Source: Thermoplasmatota archaeon (GTDB taxonomy: Archaea; Thermoplasmatota; Penumbrarchaeia; Penumbrarchaeales; Penumbrarchaeaceae). From it: a stretch of 41,369 nucleotides of DNA. The notes beneath the pieces were generated by a model. That model was not told where the DNA came from. It was given only the letters and a program-made list of their open reading frames with translations, and made no database searches. Below, piece by piece: positions 38,601 to 41,369 of the stretch (the stretch's first letter is position 1; each line of letters starts with the position of its first letter). The stretch spans positions 1-41,369 of the forward strand of contig CBDDUX010000018.1 in assembly GCA_965234725.1 (NCBI GenBank). The letters run 5' to 3'. Made by a program: the position numbers and the translations under genes.

Positions 38601-39828
38601 AATGATCCCATCCTCCATCTGGGGATTGCAGTTTTCACACCGGATGAAGGGGATCGATTTCGATCCTACCAACGATACACTTTTTTGGTCCCTTGATTCC
38701 AATGCCTCTTTTATTGATCTGGATATCCTTACCGGTAATTTGACATGTAATCCGGGAGAAAATGAGGTGGGTCGGTACTGGATAAATGTCACATTGAAAG
38801 ATGGGAACGGTGGGTATGATTCCGGGAATTTTTCCTTCTCTGTGATGGATCTGGACATTGTTCCCGGTTCAATTGATGAAAATAATACATATCATGTTTT
38901 TGAGGATACAATGCTGAACATCTCTCTTCAGGATTTCTTTCCTTATCTTGATATATACTCTCCGGAATATATGATAAATTCATCCGCAAACCTCACTGTG
39001 AACATTTCAAAGTGTAATATCACAATTATATCCGCCCCAAACTGGAATGGATATGAGAATATTACCGTTAAAGCCGTATACGGAAGGTTGGAAATGATCA
39101 TTGAACTGGAAATCATGATCGTTGGAGTTAATGATCCTCCACAGGACTTGCAGATAGTATCAAAATCAAGATTTGAAAACGAAAGAACACAGGTTTTTTC
39201 TTGTATACTCTCGGATCCAGATATGGAGTACGGGGATTCCTTTGAATATGTATGGACCTCGAATATCACGGGTGAAATCGGAAATGGTAAGAATATCAAT
39301 GTTACACTGGTCAGAGGCATCCATCTGATCACCCTTGCCGTTTCAGATTCGGGGGGCCTGATGAATTCAACAAGCAGAGTGGTTGAGGTATTCTATCCGG
39401 TGATCCCCGAATCCTCTCCGGAAAAGGAAGAGAATGAATGGATGATATTCATTTTCGGAGGGATCGGGATCATGGTTCTATTGATTGTAATTGTTGTAAC
39501 GTTTTTAGTCCTTACAAGGAAGTTAAAGAAGGAAGAACAGGGTCTTACAAAAGTTGATCCCACAGAGGGATCCACTTCTTTCGAGGAAGAGTTGAGATTG
39601 ATCGATTCACTTGTGGGTGATGAAAAAATATCTGTCGAGCAGAAACCTGTTCCCAAACCTGTTCCCATCCCGGAGCCGGAAAAGGATATTTTCGGTTCAT
39701 ACACAACATCACCTGAACAATATGAGAACGATGAAACATCCTCTGATGATATGGCCCTCTCACCTCCGGATACCCAGGAGGGAGTCTGGATCGATATCGA
39801 TGATGGGGTTGATCCGGCAGAGGAATAG
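35674..39828 (+). CDS. Cell-surface protein with GLUG repeats, cadherin/Ig-like domains and a C-terminal TM anchor with acidic tail
   Basis: Signal peptide; FSGGDGTPESPLQI; many VGGLIG repeats; NVNDNP/VNDPP cadherin-like linkers; GTYWINISVTDG repeats; TM helix followed by RKLKK. Confidence 0.88.
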   Translation: MREHIGLKLIALIIIVNLSMLCIIVEPDRNVDFVNGFESIITRFSGGDGTPESPLQITNITEFQNISAFPYLYFILMNDINGSETISWNGGEGFEPIAPDKNSYTQKHDGPKFNGTFEGNGFSVKGVWINMSTSRDYLSLFGYIGKTGRVCNLTIENIYIGRSDYAGSISGYNDGTIINCHASGEINATYSYLGGMVGENHGLISGCSSNATVSGSSKIGGLVGINRGQILNSHSISNVTGNNYYTAGFIGNNYGLVQDCYFYGNVAGNREEDAFIAMNTGEVRNSFYCINLTTLNGQVPHSPYGIYQHHFKKWMENGLALDVDDYLSKIPVTGQYIISCKEDLCNMMPFTYLGLKFKQTKDIDLSQMNHFNIPGFSAIEYDGDDHTISLITIFSPYLDGIGLFGTLSEGSVIKNLVLKDVDISGFDYTGGLVGKCHGTIKDCSMQGFPSGKKYVGGIAGYVKDGSIINCEASGYVAGIESVGGLIGGNYNGTVAGSRSDTQINGEGNYIGGLIGYNEPLEYWKGLNKVRTVKRCTSSGSVTGVERVGGLIGWNFGLVDWCNSDCEVGGTTSVGGLIGENSYGKVGFSFFKGDVEGTGNFVGGIVGRNNNARVTNSYSTGGVQGKNYVGGLIGTNSEGDIELSTAHGLVDGLDFIGGLVGGNSYGDINNSYSTGHVTGHSGVGGLIGSDSRSRIKFCYSSGKVEGAEKVGGLIGSCYHEDHDVTGCFYDIDTSGQSTSIGGEGKTTVQMKEVVTYKIPGWDFLNTWAIEGGKNRPFLQHLDYSSMIVGVNQPIAYVLDRYVIDYNISATFGGLPSTYEWKLVTNAGTWMIINSEGILSGTPRMGTEGEYSINITISAASMVFTYNQFTLTVVDLLDTLEITTKPFEKILEDDHYYLEFEVEDTGPDPKPLLWNMETNANFLHFLASAAILEGDPSNDDVGTYWINISVTDGIERNTSVNFTLIVENVNDNPIILTEMIPSSIWGLQFSHRMKGIDFDPTNDTLFWSLDSNASFIDLDILTGNLTCNPGENEVGRYWINVTLKDGNGGYDSGNFSFSVMDLDIVPGSIDENNTYHVFEDTMLNISLQDFFPYLDIYSPEYMINSSANLTVNISKCNITIISAPNWNGYENITVKAVYGRLEMIIELEIMIVGVNDPPQDLQIVSKSRFENERTQVFSCILSDPDMEYGDSFEYVWTSNITGEIGNGKNINVTLVRGIHLITLAVSDSGGLMNSTSRVVEVFYPVIPESSPEKEENEWMIFIFGGIGIMVLLIVIVVTFLVLTRKLKKEEQGLTKVDPTEGSTSFEEELRLIDSLVGDEKISVEQKPVPKPVPIPEPEKDIFGSYTTSPEQYENDETSSDDMALSPPDTQEGVWIDIDDGVDPAEE

Positions 39829-39866
39829 GTCCTGGATCATCTCTCGAAATATAAGGAGGAGATGAA

Positions 39867-40394
39867 ATGTCAAAATATCAACCTGCATGGTCCTTCGAGA
39901 TGATGGGGTTACTCTTCCGGATCAGGGACCTGTTCACTCCAAGGAGCAAGGTAGTTGAAGAGATCCCATTGAGAGAGGGTATGACGGTCCTCGACTACGG
40001 AACGGGACCCGGAACCTATATCGAACCAACTCTGAAAGTGATCGGTGAGAGAGGGACCTACTATGCAGCGGACATCAATCCGAGAGCTGGTGTCCATGTG
40101 GATAGGATAAAGAATAAAACGGGACATAAAAGGGTCCATTTCATCGAGACGGATTGTAAAACAGGTCTAAAATCCTCCTCGGTGGATATTGTGTACCTTC
40201 ATGATATCTATCACGGACTCCCCGAAAGGGAGAAGAACATCGTGGAATTGAAAAGGGTCTTAAAGAAAGATGGCTCATTGTCCTTCAATGATCATCATAT
40301 GACCTGTGAAAGGATCTTAGAAGATGGTCCAATTTCAAAGCATTTCAAAATCGTGAAGGAAGGGAAGAGGACCTTTCTACTGAAGAAGAAATAG
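39867..40394 (+). CDS. Class I SAM-dependent methyltransferase
   Basis: VLDYGTGPG, AADIN, SVDIV, RVLKKDG. AGGAGG SD. Confidence 0.9.
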   Translation: MSKYQPAWSFEMMGLLFRIRDLFTPRSKVVEEIPLREGMTVLDYGTGPGTYIEPTLKVIGERGTYYAADINPRAGVHVDRIKNKTGHKRVHFIETDCKTGLKSSSVDIVYLHDIYHGLPEREKNIVELKRVLKKDGSLSFNDHHMTCERILEDGPISKHFKIVKEGKRTFLLKKK

Positions 40395-41274
40395 ATAATG
40401 GATTCCACCAAAATGGGAAAATCCAAAGCAGAAAATGAGATAAGAACTTAGAGAGTTTGAAGGATGGGTAGTATGGAAAGGAGAGGAGCAATTTAATAGC
40501 AATTCCAAATGGATGGAGTAGGTAAGAAAAATTATCCGGATCCAAAAAAGGGCTTGGGTGTGGGGTAAGGGGTTGGTGTGGGGAGATGAAGATAGAATAA
40601 ATAACTCACCCAAGCTTACATTAATATTCATACTCAAAATACTTAATGCTATTTGATTGATATAGCAATGATAATTTTAGATCCTTTTCATGATGATACT
40701 TGTGACATCATCCAAAATTCCATTTTAACATCATCAGGGATCTTATACCTTATACTCTCTCTTCAAAGTAGGAAGGAAATTCCTTATCAAGTTCGCCGGG
40801 AAAGATAAAAACTAATTTGTTATAAGATGATCCTGGGAGTGTATGGCAGAGGAAAAATTGAAGGTAAAGCTATATTGTTACATCGTCCAGATAAAAATAT
40901 TATCTTAGGTTAAAATGGATTCACTAATATGGAGGTATGAGTTTAAATATAAAATACACCATTTGAAGGTTAATAATGGGGATTTGCAGGAAAAATTAGA
41001 ATTTTTATAAATACATTGAATAGAGAGATTATATGATTTTTTCCAAATATTAAACCAACTTTCCAAACAATGGGAGCAACAGCAAAAGTTGATTTCATAC
41101 TGATAGTTGAGAAATTGTAACAACTTTTTTTATTCTTAATTCATTGCTTTTTCCCCCAATTCTCCAGTAATCTCTAACACGAAGGAAACAGAGGAGGTCT
41201 TTTAATGCCAGTAATCAAATTTATCATTGGATGTTCACCAACAAAGATTTGACCTGTCATTTATTGCTGTTTAG

Positions 41275-41304
41275 AAAAAAAAAAGGAGGAATAAAATCCT
41301 CCTT
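41275..41304 (-). terminator. Hairpin plus oligo-U terminator candidate for a transcript entering from the right edge
   Basis: The minus strand reads AAGGAGGA-TTTTAT-TCCTCC followed by T10. Confidence 0.6.
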
Positions 41305-41369
41305 GCTATTGTAGCCTAGCTTTGACAGTTAAATAAAAAATGTGCCCGTCGTTAACTTTTATTTATGGC

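Noticed and set aside
40690-40740. ATGATGA as box C of a second sRNA
   Set aside because: No properly spaced CTGA D'/D boxes and no terminal stem.
40905-41123. 72-aa Cys-rich ORF
   Set aside because: AT-rich, no SD or family motif; probably spurious.

Overview
Archaeal chromosomal segment, most consistent with Thermoplasmatota. The evidence is a group II GGGP synthase, a Sec11-type signal peptidase, an NFACT/RqcH protein, a box C/D guide sRNA, TATA-box and leaderless promoters, and large membrane-anchored beta-helix and GLUG surface proteins; the lineage is inferred. From left to right the window holds: a complete IS630 element whose transposase needs a frameshift; a receiver-domain/PPDK_N protein; a 1605-aa surface protein; a small orphan ORF; a tandem MacB/FtsX-type ABC exporter operon; feoA with a DtxR-type box; ogt and GGGPS; the C/D sRNA; a PfkB kinase; signal peptidase I; a signal-less multi-beta-sandwich protein; an rqcH-COG1058-mmcQ operon; tryptophanase; ppk1 coupled to a CHAD-metallophosphoesterase-HD fusion; several small stress and repair genes; a GLUG/Ig surface protein; a methyltransferase; and an AT-rich non-coding tail. 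Three notable elements are absent from the ORF track: five near-palindromic CAGTACTG-like boxes at an exact 17-bp period in the ABC promoter, a hidden 46-aa single-TM ORF inside that operon, and a C/D sRNA whose D guide predicts 2'-O-methylation of 16S C1402. The polyphosphate fusion enzyme and the cytoplasmic, possibly mu-homology-like, beta-sandwich protein are also notable. All family calls come from motif recognition by eye; no searches were run.
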